Source: a virus
Strand: one strand, 5' to 3'
IMG/VR virus record: IMGVR_UViG_3300017761_003320
Location: 1 to 64,000 of that record
DNA: 64,000 bases
Below the pieces are notes generated by a model. It was not told where the DNA came from, made no database searches, and saw only the letters and a list, made by a program, of their open reading frames with translations. A program made the position numbers and the translations under genes. Of the stretch, positions 9,600 to 19,678 are shown piece after piece (the first letter of the stretch is position 1; each line of letters starts with the position of its first letter).

Positions 9600-10672
9600 G
9601 CAAAGATTTCTTTAGAGATTTGGTCAAACAAATCGGCGACGTTGATACACACATTGCTGATGATGGTTTACATTCATCAGAATTTGCTGGTGCAATGGAT
9701 ACAGGTTCATATCTATTAAATGCAGAGCTATCTGGCAGCATCTATGGCGGTGTGCCTAACAATAAGATCACAGCATTTGCTGGTGAGAGTGCAACTGGTA
9801 AGACATTCTTTGTTCTTGGTCTCGTGCAACAGTTCCTGAAAGATAATCCAGATGCGGGTGTCTTTTATTATGACACAGAAGCTGCGGTTACTAAGGAAAT
9901 GTTTGTAGCTCGTGGAATCGATCCGCGCAGGGTTGTTATTTCTGAGCAGGCCACTGTGCAAGGCTTCCGCACTCATGTTATGAGAACGCTTGATAACTAT
10001 CTCAAGGTACCTGAGAAAGAACGTCCAAAGATGCTCATGGTGCTTGACTCATTGGGTCAGCTTTCAACTGAAAAAGAATTGGAAGATATCGCAGAGGGTA
10101 AGAACACGCGCGATATGACTCGGTCACAGCTTATTCGTGGTGCTTTCCGCGCACTATCACTCAAGCTTGCTCGGGCTAATGTATCATTGCTAGTGACCAA
10201 TCATATCTTCAATGTGATCGGTGCATATGTGCCGACCAAAGACATGGGTGGTGGTGAAGGTTTGAAGTATGCGGCCTCACAGATTATTTTCTTGACTAAG
10301 AAAAAAGATCGCGATGGCACGGAGGTTGTTGGTAATATCATTCATTGTCGTGTAGCCAAGAGTCGCTTTACTAAGGAAAACAAGTCGATTGATGTAAGGC
10401 TATCTTATGATAAGGGCCTTGATCGTTACTACGGATTGCTTGACTTGGCTGAGAAATATGGTATAATTAAGAAGATTGCGAATCGCTTTGAAATGCCTGA
10501 TGGTGGAAAATATTATGCCAAGCAGATTGAACAAGATCCTGAACGGTTCTTTACAAAAGATTTGCTAGATCGTATTGATGCGGTCGCAGCAAAAGAATTT
10601 AAGTATGGTCAAGGTGAAACAAGTGAGGTAGAACATGACGAAGAAGAAAGTGCCAACGAGACCGCTAGCTGA
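9596..10672 (+). CDS. uvsX: RecA-like recombinase
   Basis: AGESATGKT, YDTE, DSLG, GGGEGLKYAAS. Confidence 0.95.
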   Translation: MSKDFFRDLVKQIGDVDTHIADDGLHSSEFAGAMDTGSYLLNAELSGSIYGGVPNNKITAFAGESATGKTFFVLGLVQQFLKDNPDAGVFYYDTEAAVTKEMFVARGIDPRRVVISEQATVQGFRTHVMRTLDNYLKVPEKERPKMLMVLDSLGQLSTEKELEDIAEGKNTRDMTRSQLIRGAFRALSLKLARANVSLLVTNHIFNVIGAYVPTKDMGGGEGLKYAASQIIFLTKKKDRDGTEVVGNIIHCRVAKSRFTKENKSIDVRLSYDKGLDRYYGLLDLAEKYGIIKKIANRFEMPDGGKYYAKQIEQDPERFFTKDLLDRIDAVAAKEFKYGQGETSEVEHDEEESANETAS

Positions 10673-10964
10673 GTATACAGTGGTCGATCACGCTGAAGTG
10701 AAAGACCACATGTGCTTTGGTATTGAGTCTGGTAAGTTCAAAGGGACGGTATTTCGTTTCGATACCGTCAAAGTTGGTGAATCTCTTGATGATGAAGATA
10801 ATGCAGTCGTCAGATTTACCTATACAGTATTAGAAAATGAATTTAATACTAAGGGTAATCAAGACTTCGAACGTACCATAGCATCAATACTATATCATAT
10901 AATTGAAACAACGGCGGAAATGAATGCGAATCGAAACGACGGTGCTTCGGCACCTACTACATGA
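10635..10964 (+). CDS. hypothetical protein at the T4 gp40 position
   Basis: Synteny uvsX-x-gp41 only. Confidence 0.45.
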   Translation: MTKKKVPTRPLAEYTVVDHAEVKDHMCFGIESGKFKGTVFRFDTVKVGESLDDEDNAVVRFTYTVLENEFNTKGNQDFERTIASILYHIIETTAEMNANRNDGASAPTT

Positions 10965-12342
10965 TGATGATTTTGCACGAAAGGTATTACCTTTTGTAAG
11001 CGAAAAATATTTCTCTGATGTCTCTGAAAAGCTAGTATATTCTCGCATTTCAGAGTTCATGGAGAAATATAATTCTCTCCCTACCCGTGAGGCCCTATCC
11101 ATCGAGATAGAAGGCACCAAGGGTTTGGGTGAGAAGGAACATCAATCTGTCATGCAGATTATCGATGGGCTTACTCGACCTGAGCCCGTCGATAAGACCT
11201 GGTTGCTTGACTCTACTGAGAAGTTTTGTCAAGAGCGAGCCATCTATAATGCAATCATGGATAGCATCACTATCCTTGATGGTAAAGATAAAGATCGCAG
11301 TAAGGGATCAATCCCACAGATACTCACCGATGCACTTGGTGTATCCTTTGATACACATATCGGCCATGACCTGATCGATGACTATCAAGGTCGATATGAC
11401 TTCTATCATCGCGTAGAAGAAAAGGTTCCTTTCGATCTAGAATACATGAACAAGATTACTAGAGGTGGTCTATCACGAAAGTCGCTGAATATTATTTTGG
11501 CAGGCACTGGTGTTGGCAAATCTCTAGCAATGTGTCATATGGCCGCAGCCAATTTGATGATGGGTAAGAATGTTCTATACATCACAATGGAAATGGCCGA
11601 GGAAAAGATCGCGGAACGTATTGATGCTAACCTGCTGAATGTACCGATTCCAGATTTGCAATCTCTACCTAAAGACCTATATGAAAAGAAGATTGCAGGT
11701 ATTCGAGCAAAGACTACTGGCAAGCTCATTATCAAAGAATATCCGACAGCTTCAGCACATGCTGGTCATTTCCGTCATCTACTCAATGAATTAAACCTGA
11801 AGCGGTCTTTCGTACCAGATATCATCTATATCGATTATCTAAATATTTGTATGTCAGCGCGCATCAAAACAGGTTCCAATGTTAATAGCTATACCTATGT
11901 TAAGGCTATAGCTGAGGAGCTAAGAGGTCTTGCAGTTGAGCGCAATGTTCCAATTGTATCAGCGACACAAACCACTCGATCTGGTTACTCCAGCTCTGAT
12001 GTCGACTTGACTGATACCTCCGAATCATTCGGTCTACCTGCGACTGCTGATTTCATGATTGCCCTTATCTCTACTGAGGAGCTACAAGAGCTAAGTCAGT
12101 TCATGGTAAAACAGCTAAAGAATAGATATAGTGACCCGGCCGTGCATCGTAGATTTGTTATCGGTGTCGACCGGGAGAAGATGCGCCTCTATGATGTCGA
12201 GCAATCGGCCCAGTCAGATATCATGGAGGACAGACCTGTCATGGATAAGACCGCATTTGGTCAACGCCGTGATGAGGAAGAGACTATGGGTTGGAAAACA
12301 AAGAAAATGGGTCGGAAGGACTTCTCAGGTTTAAAGGTGTAA
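10924..12342 (+). CDS. gp41: replicative DNA helicase
   Basis: AGTGVGKS, ITMEMAEE, IDYLNI, SESFGLPATAD, KQLKNRY. Confidence 0.96.
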   Translation: MRIETTVLRHLLHDDDFARKVLPFVSEKYFSDVSEKLVYSRISEFMEKYNSLPTREALSIEIEGTKGLGEKEHQSVMQIIDGLTRPEPVDKTWLLDSTEKFCQERAIYNAIMDSITILDGKDKDRSKGSIPQILTDALGVSFDTHIGHDLIDDYQGRYDFYHRVEEKVPFDLEYMNKITRGGLSRKSLNIILAGTGVGKSLAMCHMAAANLMMGKNVLYITMEMAEEKIAERIDANLLNVPIPDLQSLPKDLYEKKIAGIRAKTTGKLIIKEYPTASAHAGHFRHLLNELNLKRSFVPDIIYIDYLNICMSARIKTGSNVNSYTYVKAIAEELRGLAVERNVPIVSATQTTRSGYSSSDVDLTDTSESFGLPATADFMIALISTEELQELSQFMVKQLKNRYSDPAVHRRFVIGVDREKMRLYDVEQSAQSDIMEDRPVMDKTAFGQRRDEEETMGWKTKKMGRKDFSGLKV

Positions 12343-12546
12343 AATGGGTAAGAGTCGCAAGTTTGATCCGGATGATTATGAAGATGATTACGGGTTCACG
12401 GATCGTAAAGAAAATGACTGGCGAGATGAGCGCAAAGAAAAACGTGCTAAAAAAGAAGCCATAGATGTCGAACCACCTAAGACTATATGGCAACCAAAAA
12501 CTCCGCGGGCTCGTCGTTAATATATACTTCTGACCCTACTTCGCCA

Positions 12547-12575
12547 TTGACATTGAGCGGTCATCCTGGTACTAT
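12547..12575 (+). promoter_or_regulatory. early promoter
   Basis: TTGACA-17-TACTAT with the CCTGG extended -10 shared by other early promoters here. Confidence 0.7.
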
Positions 12576-12591
12576 TAACCCATGATGAGAG

Positions 12592-13092
12592 GTGTCCATG
12601 GCAAGATCAGGTCCGCGCATAGCGGTCTATGGCAGGGACAAAGTCTATAGGGACCTCATCCGAGGCGCTACCAGATGGATGGTAGCCGATCTGGTGGGCC
12701 CTAGACTTTCAGAGACTTTGACCATCAAGGTCAAGCTGGTCAAAGACCTCTTTAAAGAAGAGGGTGTATTGGGCGACTGTGAATGGATAGATGATAACAA
12801 ACGCCCAAGAGAGTTTTTGATTAGACTCTATGCTGGTCCAAACCGCAAGAGAACACTCAAGACTCTAGCCCACGAGTTGGTGCATGTAAAGCAATTTGCT
12901 AGAAGCGAAATGTATGATCATGTACAGAATATCGATCTTGTGACCTGGAAAGGTCAACGAGTAGATTCTAATAAGGTTAGCTATGAGGATCATCCTTGGG
13001 AGAAAGAGGCCTATGAAATGGAAACGCCTCTATTGAACAAATGGGCTCATATAACTGGTAATGAACAATACATTTGGAGGTCTAGAAGATGA
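12592..13092 (+). CDS. zincin-like metallopeptidase
   Basis: LAHELVHVKQ (HExxH), PWEKEAY. Confidence 0.75.
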   Translation: MSMARSGPRIAVYGRDKVYRDLIRGATRWMVADLVGPRLSETLTIKVKLVKDLFKEEGVLGDCEWIDDNKRPREFLIRLYAGPNRKRTLKTLAHELVHVKQFARSEMYDHVQNIDLVTWKGQRVDSNKVSYEDHPWEKEAYEMETPLLNKWAHITGNEQYIWRSRR

Positions 13093-13274
13093 TGTGGTTA
13101 TTGGTAGTGGTGAGCCTAGTATTCACCACGGACGACGGCCCAAGGGTTTCTTTTTTGCTTGCATCCTCTTATGAGGAATGCACAGCCGCCGCCAATGCAG
13201 GTAATGCTGGCGCATTTGATAGACTTGATCGGACCCGCAATGGTTTTTTCTGTTATAGGGTAACGCTGAAATGA
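13089..13274 (+). CDS. small membrane/secreted hypothetical protein
   Basis: Hydrophobic N-terminus, two Cys. Confidence 0.5.
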   Translation: MMWLLVVVSLVFTTDDGPRVSFLLASSYEECTAAANAGNAGAFDRLDRTRNGFFCYRVTLK

Positions 13275-13699
13275 CTCAAGAGATTAGCATACCCACAACT
13301 TTCTATCAAAGTGTAAACATAGAATCTATTGAAAGACTCTATGAGGCCAAATATGTTGGTGCATGGTCTATCAAAGAAAAATCTGGAAACTGGAGTCTGC
13401 ATCCAGTCGAGGTATTCTATCAACCCATTCTAAAAGACCCATCACATAAACATTACTTTGGGGTCTATCTAGGACCAGAAGGTCATGTTCATATCTGCGA
13501 TGCTACCTCAGCCTTTTCTGATCCAATTGCAGGCGCAGTTGCAAATGATGATGAGATAATCGTAAGCGGATATAGACACGACTATCGGAAAAGTAGAGAT
13601 GGGTCTGTATTCATTGACGGTGGTCGAGATTACATCAAAACCAATACTAGAAAATTAGTTAATCTTACTATGGTTGAAGGTAATCTTATAGTTTCATAA
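13271..13699 (+). CDS. hypothetical phage protein
   Basis: YRHDY...FIDGGRDY motif. Confidence 0.6.
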   Translation: MTQEISIPTTFYQSVNIESIERLYEAKYVGAWSIKEKSGNWSLHPVEVFYQPILKDPSHKHYFGVYLGPEGHVHICDATSAFSDPIAGAVANDDEIIVSGYRHDYRKSRDGSVFIDGGRDYIKTNTRKLVNLTMVEGNLIVS

Positions 13700-13720
13700 A
13701 TATGGCTATCATATAAAGAG

Positions 13721-14269
13721 GTGGTCATGTCATTCAAAAGATGGTTATTCGAACAAACGGAGTCTAAGAGACTCCCTTTCGATAAGACGTCTAAACGTCG
13801 TGGGTGGTGGCGTGAAGGTGATCACTATATTCTATATCACGGCACGCATGATCGCAACGTAGCATCAATGATGAAGTCTGGTATCAATAAACCAGATCCA
13901 TCCACTGGAATGTATTCAACAACACCAGACCCTCACACCGCACATGGTTATGCATCCATGTCTGGTGGTGGGGGTGAAGCACATTTTAGAGGTGTCAATG
14001 CTAAAGCTACCACGACTCCTCATAGCGAACGCTCAGTTTTAAAATTAAAAATACCTGCGGACTGGGCCGAACGTAATATGGATGCGGACCTGCGCGGCAA
14101 TATGGGTGATGCTCGCCGCAGAATGTTAAGTCGTGGTGAATATACCAAATGGGTCGCAGGCAATCCGGATAAAAATGACTCAGAATATTATATGGCCACA
14201 GAGGTTCGGTTCAAGAAACCGATTCCTCCTGAATTTATTGAGGGTCATATGAAAAAATTCGAGGGGTAA
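13721..14269 (+). CDS. ADP-ribosyltransferase-fold protein, probable virion-internal
   Basis: LYHGT, MYSTT-x5-AHGYA, TEV..IPPEFI; late promoter CATAAATA near 13695; CTS-like N-terminus MSFKRWLFE. Confidence 0.6.
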   Translation: MVMSFKRWLFEQTESKRLPFDKTSKRRGWWREGDHYILYHGTHDRNVASMMKSGINKPDPSTGMYSTTPDPHTAHGYASMSGGGGEAHFRGVNAKATTTPHSERSVLKLKIPADWAERNMDADLRGNMGDARRRMLSRGEYTKWVAGNPDKNDSEYYMATEVRFKKPIPPEFIEGHMKKFEG

Positions 14270-14276
14270 AGTTTAG

Positions 14277-15206
14277 ATGGCAAATTTATCTGCATCTGAA
14301 CTATTGAAGGCGGGCCGAGAATATAGGTCTGAAGTTATTATTCGAAAGATAAAAAAGAAAGAGCCGTTTGAAATGGATAACGGTCGCAAAATTATATTGA
14401 AAGCTAGCATATCATCATTGTCTTTACTTGCTAAAATGACAAAAACATCTCAAGAAATAAATTCTATCATATTTTTGGGTGATGATGGTAAAGAATATAA
14501 AGTAACAAATATAAAAAAGAATGCTGATTTTGGTGGAAAGGGTGATAGATCCGGTGTGGCTAAAGAAGATGCTGCATTAGCCTCTCTCAATAAGCAAATA
14601 TTAGATGCAAAAAAGAAAGAGAAAATTGGTACATTGCCAATTAGAATAGGAAATAAAACATACAAAGCAACCATAGCTGAAAGCACACCAGGAACTCCAA
14701 AATCAGACTTTCATCTACTTGATTCTGATGGTAATGAAATAATATGGATATCGCATAAAGATGGACGGGGTCCAAGAGATTTCCAACAATGGGGAGGAAT
14801 CTCTGAAAGATCAGAGCCTACAATATTTCGTCATCCAGAAACACAAAAATTTATTAGAGATTTAAAAGCTATGTACCCTAGAGGGTTACCTCCAGCGACT
14901 ACGCTTTATCGAAAAATAAAAGATAAAAAATTAAAAATGTTATCTGTATATGGTAATATGTTTGGTGGTGGTTTAGGCCAGCAAAATGTATCGATATTAT
15001 TACAGGGTCCTATTAAACTAGAAAAGGTAGGCACCTCATATAGAATGATTGCAAATCACGTTCATTTAAATGGTGAGTCTGTAGATTCTGGTGGATTTGA
15101 GCCTGTTATTATGGCAATATATAAAGGTGATCGTTCCGATGCTGGTGTACCAGGAACAAGAATAGTCATATCACCAATTGAAGGAAGAAAGGGTGTGCCT
15201 TTCTAA
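14277..15206 (+). CDS. PD-(D/E)xK-like nuclease
   Basis: TPKSDF...WISHKDG; AT-rich. Confidence 0.5.
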   Translation: MANLSASELLKAGREYRSEVIIRKIKKKEPFEMDNGRKIILKASISSLSLLAKMTKTSQEINSIIFLGDDGKEYKVTNIKKNADFGGKGDRSGVAKEDAALASLNKQILDAKKKEKIGTLPIRIGNKTYKATIAESTPGTPKSDFHLLDSDGNEIIWISHKDGRGPRDFQQWGGISERSEPTIFRHPETQKFIRDLKAMYPRGLPPATTLYRKIKDKKLKMLSVYGNMFGGGLGQQNVSILLQGPIKLEKVGTSYRMIANHVHLNGESVDSGGFEPVIMAIYKGDRSDAGVPGTRIVISPIEGRKGVPF

Positions 15207-16381
15207 TGCTTACATTTAAAACATTTATTACTGAGTCAGTGGCCGCTGATGATAAGTTAAAGCATCTAGAACATGCTGAGGATCATCCTATCAATGCTGG
15301 TGCTGCTGGTTTCAAACATGCTGCTGATACGCTAAATTCAGTACACAACCAGCTTCTCCGCAAAGATGGATCTAATGTCAAGGTGACAATGAAATATGAT
15401 GGTTCTCCATCAATAGTATTTGGTCATCACCCACAAACAGGTAAATTTTTTGTTGCATCAAAATCAGCCTTTAATGTAAAACCAAAGATAAATTATACAG
15501 ATCAAGATATTGAAGCTAATCATGGTCATGCGCCAGGCCTGGTATCAAAACTAAAATCTGCACTAAAGCATCTACCAAAGGTGACACCTAAGGGTGCTGT
15601 ATATCAAGGTGATATCATGCATACTCCTGAAGATGTAAAGACATCAGGCGATACATTAAATTTCAAGCCTAATACCATAACATATTCTGTACCCAAAGAT
15701 AGTCCTGTTGGTAAGAAGGTTGCACGCGCACAATTAGGTGTGGCCGTGCATACAAAATATCAAGGTAAAACATTAACTGATATGAAGGCTGGGTTTGAGC
15801 CTGACACATCATCATTTAAACAGCATCCAGATGTTCATATGATTTCTGTTGAGCATCCAGTGGAACGCACTGGTTATTCATCCGCACAAGAACGCGAATT
15901 TGAAAGTCATATGAAGAAGGCTAAAGCTGTAGCATCTTCGATGACATCAGCATCACATAAGGCTGTTGAAAGACATCGCGATAACATAAAGATGTATATC
16001 AATGATACTGTTCGTCAAAGCACTAAGCCTACTACAGATGGTCTTAGAAAATATATTACAGCTAGACAAGCAAAAGCTTTATCAACTCTAAAGACCGACA
16101 AGGCTCGTAGTATAAAGCAGCAAGAATTAAAAGATTCACTAGACCATCTTGATGCTAATAGTCACCATATAGACAAAGCTTTTGAATTGCATGGACATCT
16201 ACAACGTGCTAAAGATGTTCTTGTTCATGCATTGTCATCAAATCCAGGTCCATTTCAACATACAATTGGTGGACAAGCTGCTAAACCTGAAGGCTTTGTT
16301 GCAATCAAAAACGGTGCTCCTACTAAGCTAGTCGACCGCGCAGAATTTAGCAGAGCCAATCTCCTAGCCGCAAGGGGTTAA
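15206..16381 (+). CDS. conserved T4-like protein (DUF6267-like), CTS-like N-terminus
   Basis: HLEHAED, KYDGSP, YQGDIM, FKPNTITY, EGFV, KLVDRAEFS; MLTFKTFITE start. Confidence 0.7.
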   Translation: MLTFKTFITESVAADDKLKHLEHAEDHPINAGAAGFKHAADTLNSVHNQLLRKDGSNVKVTMKYDGSPSIVFGHHPQTGKFFVASKSAFNVKPKINYTDQDIEANHGHAPGLVSKLKSALKHLPKVTPKGAVYQGDIMHTPEDVKTSGDTLNFKPNTITYSVPKDSPVGKKVARAQLGVAVHTKYQGKTLTDMKAGFEPDTSSFKQHPDVHMISVEHPVERTGYSSAQEREFESHMKKAKAVASSMTSASHKAVERHRDNIKMYINDTVRQSTKPTTDGLRKYITARQAKALSTLKTDKARSIKQQELKDSLDHLDANSHHIDKAFELHGHLQRAKDVLVHALSSNPGPFQHTIGGQAAKPEGFVAIKNGAPTKLVDRAEFSRANLLAARG

Positions 16382-16438
16382 AAACCCTAAATAGGCAAGC
16401 GCTGTATAGTCCACGGAAAACCAGCGTAGGGAGGGCAA

Positions 16439-19400
16439 ATGAAGCCTGTTGCAATTACTTTTGGGCGCATGAACCCGCCTACCATTGGCCACCAAAAGCT
16501 GGTCGACCATCTACATTCTGTCGCGAAAAAGCACGGTGCAGATGCCGAAGTACACTTATCACATACACAAGATAGCAAGAAAAATCCTCTGTCGCATGGA
16601 CAGAAGGTTGGTCTAGCTCGTAAAGCTTTTGGCTCTTCTGTTCAGTCTGGTCCACATAAGACCATCATCGATGTGATGAAGCACCTGCATAAGCAAGGTC
16701 GCAAAGAAGTTCATGTCGTGGTAGGTGGTGACCGCCACAAAGAAATGCATGAGCTCCTGCACAAATATAATGGTAAGGACTATCATTTTGATAAGATACA
16801 TGTCCATTCTGCGGGAGAGCGTGATCCGGATGCTGAAGGCGCTGAAGGTATGTCAGCATCCAAGATGCGAGAACATGCAAAAAACAAAAATCACGAAGCC
16901 TTCAAATCAGGTCTACCAACAGGTTTACGGTCATCGTCACATAGGGTGATGAAGATGGTTCGCTCTGGTATGGGTCATGTTGAAGAAGGTGATCCGTTCG
17001 GCGGTGGCACGTCAGCTTTCACTCCAGCAGATCGCGAGATGCCACAGACTGCAGTATCAATGCAGCATGAAGAAGATCCTGATGGACCTGATGAACCTCG
17101 TTCAAGCGAGGCTATCGGTGCACACGAAGAATTAAATCATAAGCTATTTGCTGATGATCGCTTGATGCCTGAGGTTCGCATTCAGCTACGCAAGATTGCA
17201 GATCAGTTTATTCGTTTTGTTGCAGTACCTCTTGATGTCAAAGATATTGTATTTACTGGTTCTAATGCTAGCTATCATTATACCGATCATAGTGATATCG
17301 ATCTACATGTGGTTGTGAAGCTAAAGGGTGGTGCATCAATGCGCGCATATATGCGCCAGCTATTTGATGCAAAGAAAAGCCTCTGGAATCAGATGCACAA
17401 TATTAATATTCGTGGGTTTGAGGTCGAGCTTTATATCGAACCGACCGAAGAGCCTGCGGTTAGCTCTGGTGTGTATAGCATCCAAAATGACAAATGGGTG
17501 AAGCATCCTACTAATCAAAAGCCTACCATGGATGATGTCAGTGTGCGTAGCAAATATCGTCAGTATAAAGATGAGATCGATGCAGCTATAAAATCAAATG
17601 ATATGTCGAAAATTGGAGCTTTGCTGGCAGAGCTTCGTGAAATGCGTAGTTCAGGTCTAGCTAAAGGTGGTGAATATAGTGTCGAGAATATAGTCTATAA
17701 ATTACTTCGCAGCAGAGGTGATCTACAGAAATTGTGGTCGATTAAATCAGAGCTGGGCGACAAGGAATTATCACTTGAAGGTCATCGCTATTACTCAGGC
17801 CTAGACAAGTCGACTGCCAGCAAACGTAAGTCTCAATTTAAGAGACAGACAAAGATGTCAGATAATGATCCAAGCGCATATAAGGCAGCGCCTGGTGATA
17901 GTAAAAAGACTAAGACAAGTGTTCATACAATGAAATATCGCAGACAATTTGGCGATAACTATAATGCGAATGATGTTCAATTCAATCCACCGGAGCTGCC
18001 CGTGCGTTACTCATACCTATCTGCTTCATATAACAAGAGATTTGAGCAGTTCGCGGAAGCTGCTGGTTATCGGGACATGTTTAGAGGAATCGTTCCTCAC
18101 GGATTAGATCCGACTACTGAACCTTTGAGCCATGCAGTTCCAACATCAAGATATGATCTGGAATCCGCCGATAGCGCGTCAAAGCTGGTGCAAGATAAGC
18201 ATCGCAGAGAAAAAGAGACTTTAGCTAAAAAGCACGAGAGGGAGAGAGAATCCATGAAGATGCAGGATCTCCGCAAGAAAATGATGCAGCGCGATGAAGA
18301 AGTCGAGCGAATTGCAGAAGCGACTAAAGACGGAAATGCAAGCTGGAGGGTTCCAGCTCATGTCAAAAAGCATCTAGAAGATAAGCATGGTCGGGCGCAG
18401 TCCATTCATGTATCCTCTGATGGGTCAAAGATAACTCATAGTGTACGTCACCTTGATGATGATGGTATGGATCACTATGAAACTAGAACACACGAATACA
18501 ATGGTAAAGATCCAGTCAAAGATCGTAAAGTTGGCAAACTGATTAAACATGTTAAGCCAAAGATGTCAGTCGAAGAAGCGGCCGATCAAGGTCTTGCTAA
18601 GAAGGCCGAGAAATCTGGTATTCCAGTTAGCGTATTGCGTCAGGTTTATAATCGTGGTATGGCTGCATGGAAGACTGGACATCGCCCAGGAGCTAATCAG
18701 CAACAGTGGGCCTATGCTCGTGTGAACTCTTTCATCACCAAGGGTAAGGGTACATGGGGTGGTGCTGATAAAGACCTAGCTGCCAAGGTTCGCAAAGAAG
18801 AAGTTGATGAAGCTTGCTGGGATGGTTACAAAGCTGTTGGTATGAAAAAGAAAGGTGATCGCATGGTACCAAATTGTGTACCTGAAGCTATCACAAAAGC
18901 TGCTGACTTTGAATATAAGAAAGAAACGCTACCTGATGGTAGAGTTGTATATCGCAAGATTCATAAGAAACTAAAGGTTGAGGGTGATCCAAATCCTCTG
19001 CATCGCGAGACTGGTACAGATTCTTTAGTAAAGAATTATAAGAAAGATACACCAGGCCAGAATGAATCTGCTAATGATGCTCGCTATATGGCGCCAGTGC
19101 CATGGGCAAAGCAGACAACAGAAGATTCAAAGTCACCGAAGACATTTGAAGATGTACGCAAGGCCTTAGCTGGTCTCCGTGAACAAACAGAATTGTCTGA
19201 AGATTTTGTACCTGGAATTATGGATGCACCAACGGCTCAACAGCTAGGCATTCGCGCACAATTCGGTTATGCTGATCATCCTTCAGTCGAAGAAGAAGAT
19301 GATGCAGGCTGTGGTTGCGGCGGCAACTGCCAGTGCGATGATGTCGAAGAGGAGCTGGAGATCACCGAAGCTGAATATCAAGGACGCAAGGTGACTCTGA

Positions 19401-19612
19401 ATAAGCCATTCCGCACACCTGGTGGTCCGAAGAAGTCTGCTGTGTATACAACAAATGCATCAGGTAATGTAGTTCTTGTACGTTTTGGTGATCCCAACAT
19501 GACGATCAAAAAGAACATTCCGGGGCGCCGTCGTAATTTCCGTGCGCGTCACAACTGCGATAACCCAGGGCCGCGCTGGAAGGCGCGCTACTGGTCCTGC
19601 AGAGCATGGTAA
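16439..19612 (+). CDS. multidomain polyprotein: cytidyltransferase-like + Pol-beta nucleotidyltransferase + several small domains
   Basis: FGRMNPPTIGH/MSASKMR; FTGSNASY..SDIDLH; VYNRGMAAW..WAYARVNSF; CWDGY..VPNC; VRFGD..FRARHNC..YWSC. Confidence 0.75.
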   Translation: MKPVAITFGRMNPPTIGHQKLVDHLHSVAKKHGADAEVHLSHTQDSKKNPLSHGQKVGLARKAFGSSVQSGPHKTIIDVMKHLHKQGRKEVHVVVGGDRHKEMHELLHKYNGKDYHFDKIHVHSAGERDPDAEGAEGMSASKMREHAKNKNHEAFKSGLPTGLRSSSHRVMKMVRSGMGHVEEGDPFGGGTSAFTPADREMPQTAVSMQHEEDPDGPDEPRSSEAIGAHEELNHKLFADDRLMPEVRIQLRKIADQFIRFVAVPLDVKDIVFTGSNASYHYTDHSDIDLHVVVKLKGGASMRAYMRQLFDAKKSLWNQMHNINIRGFEVELYIEPTEEPAVSSGVYSIQNDKWVKHPTNQKPTMDDVSVRSKYRQYKDEIDAAIKSNDMSKIGALLAELREMRSSGLAKGGEYSVENIVYKLLRSRGDLQKLWSIKSELGDKELSLEGHRYYSGLDKSTASKRKSQFKRQTKMSDNDPSAYKAAPGDSKKTKTSVHTMKYRRQFGDNYNANDVQFNPPELPVRYSYLSASYNKRFEQFAEAAGYRDMFRGIVPHGLDPTTEPLSHAVPTSRYDLESADSASKLVQDKHRREKETLAKKHERERESMKMQDLRKKMMQRDEEVERIAEATKDGNASWRVPAHVKKHLEDKHGRAQSIHVSSDGSKITHSVRHLDDDGMDHYETRTHEYNGKDPVKDRKVGKLIKHVKPKMSVEEAADQGLAKKAEKSGIPVSVLRQVYNRGMAAWKTGHRPGANQQQWAYARVNSFITKGKGTWGGADKDLAAKVRKEEVDEACWDGYKAVGMKKKGDRMVPNCVPEAITKAADFEYKKETLPDGRVVYRKIHKKLKVEGDPNPLHRETGTDSLVKNYKKDTPGQNESANDARYMAPVPWAKQTTEDSKSPKTFEDVRKALAGLREQTELSEDFVPGIMDAPTAQQLGIRAQFGYADHPSVEEEDDAGCGCGGNCQCDDVEEELEITEAEYQGRKVTLNKPFRTPGGPKKSAVYTTNASGNVVLVRFGDPNMTIKKNIPGRRRNFRARHNCDNPGPRWKARYWSCRAW

Positions 19613-19678
19613 TATACCAATAATAAAGTATTTGCATCTATAAACTGAGAAAAAATTACTCGCTAAGGAGAGACTAAC

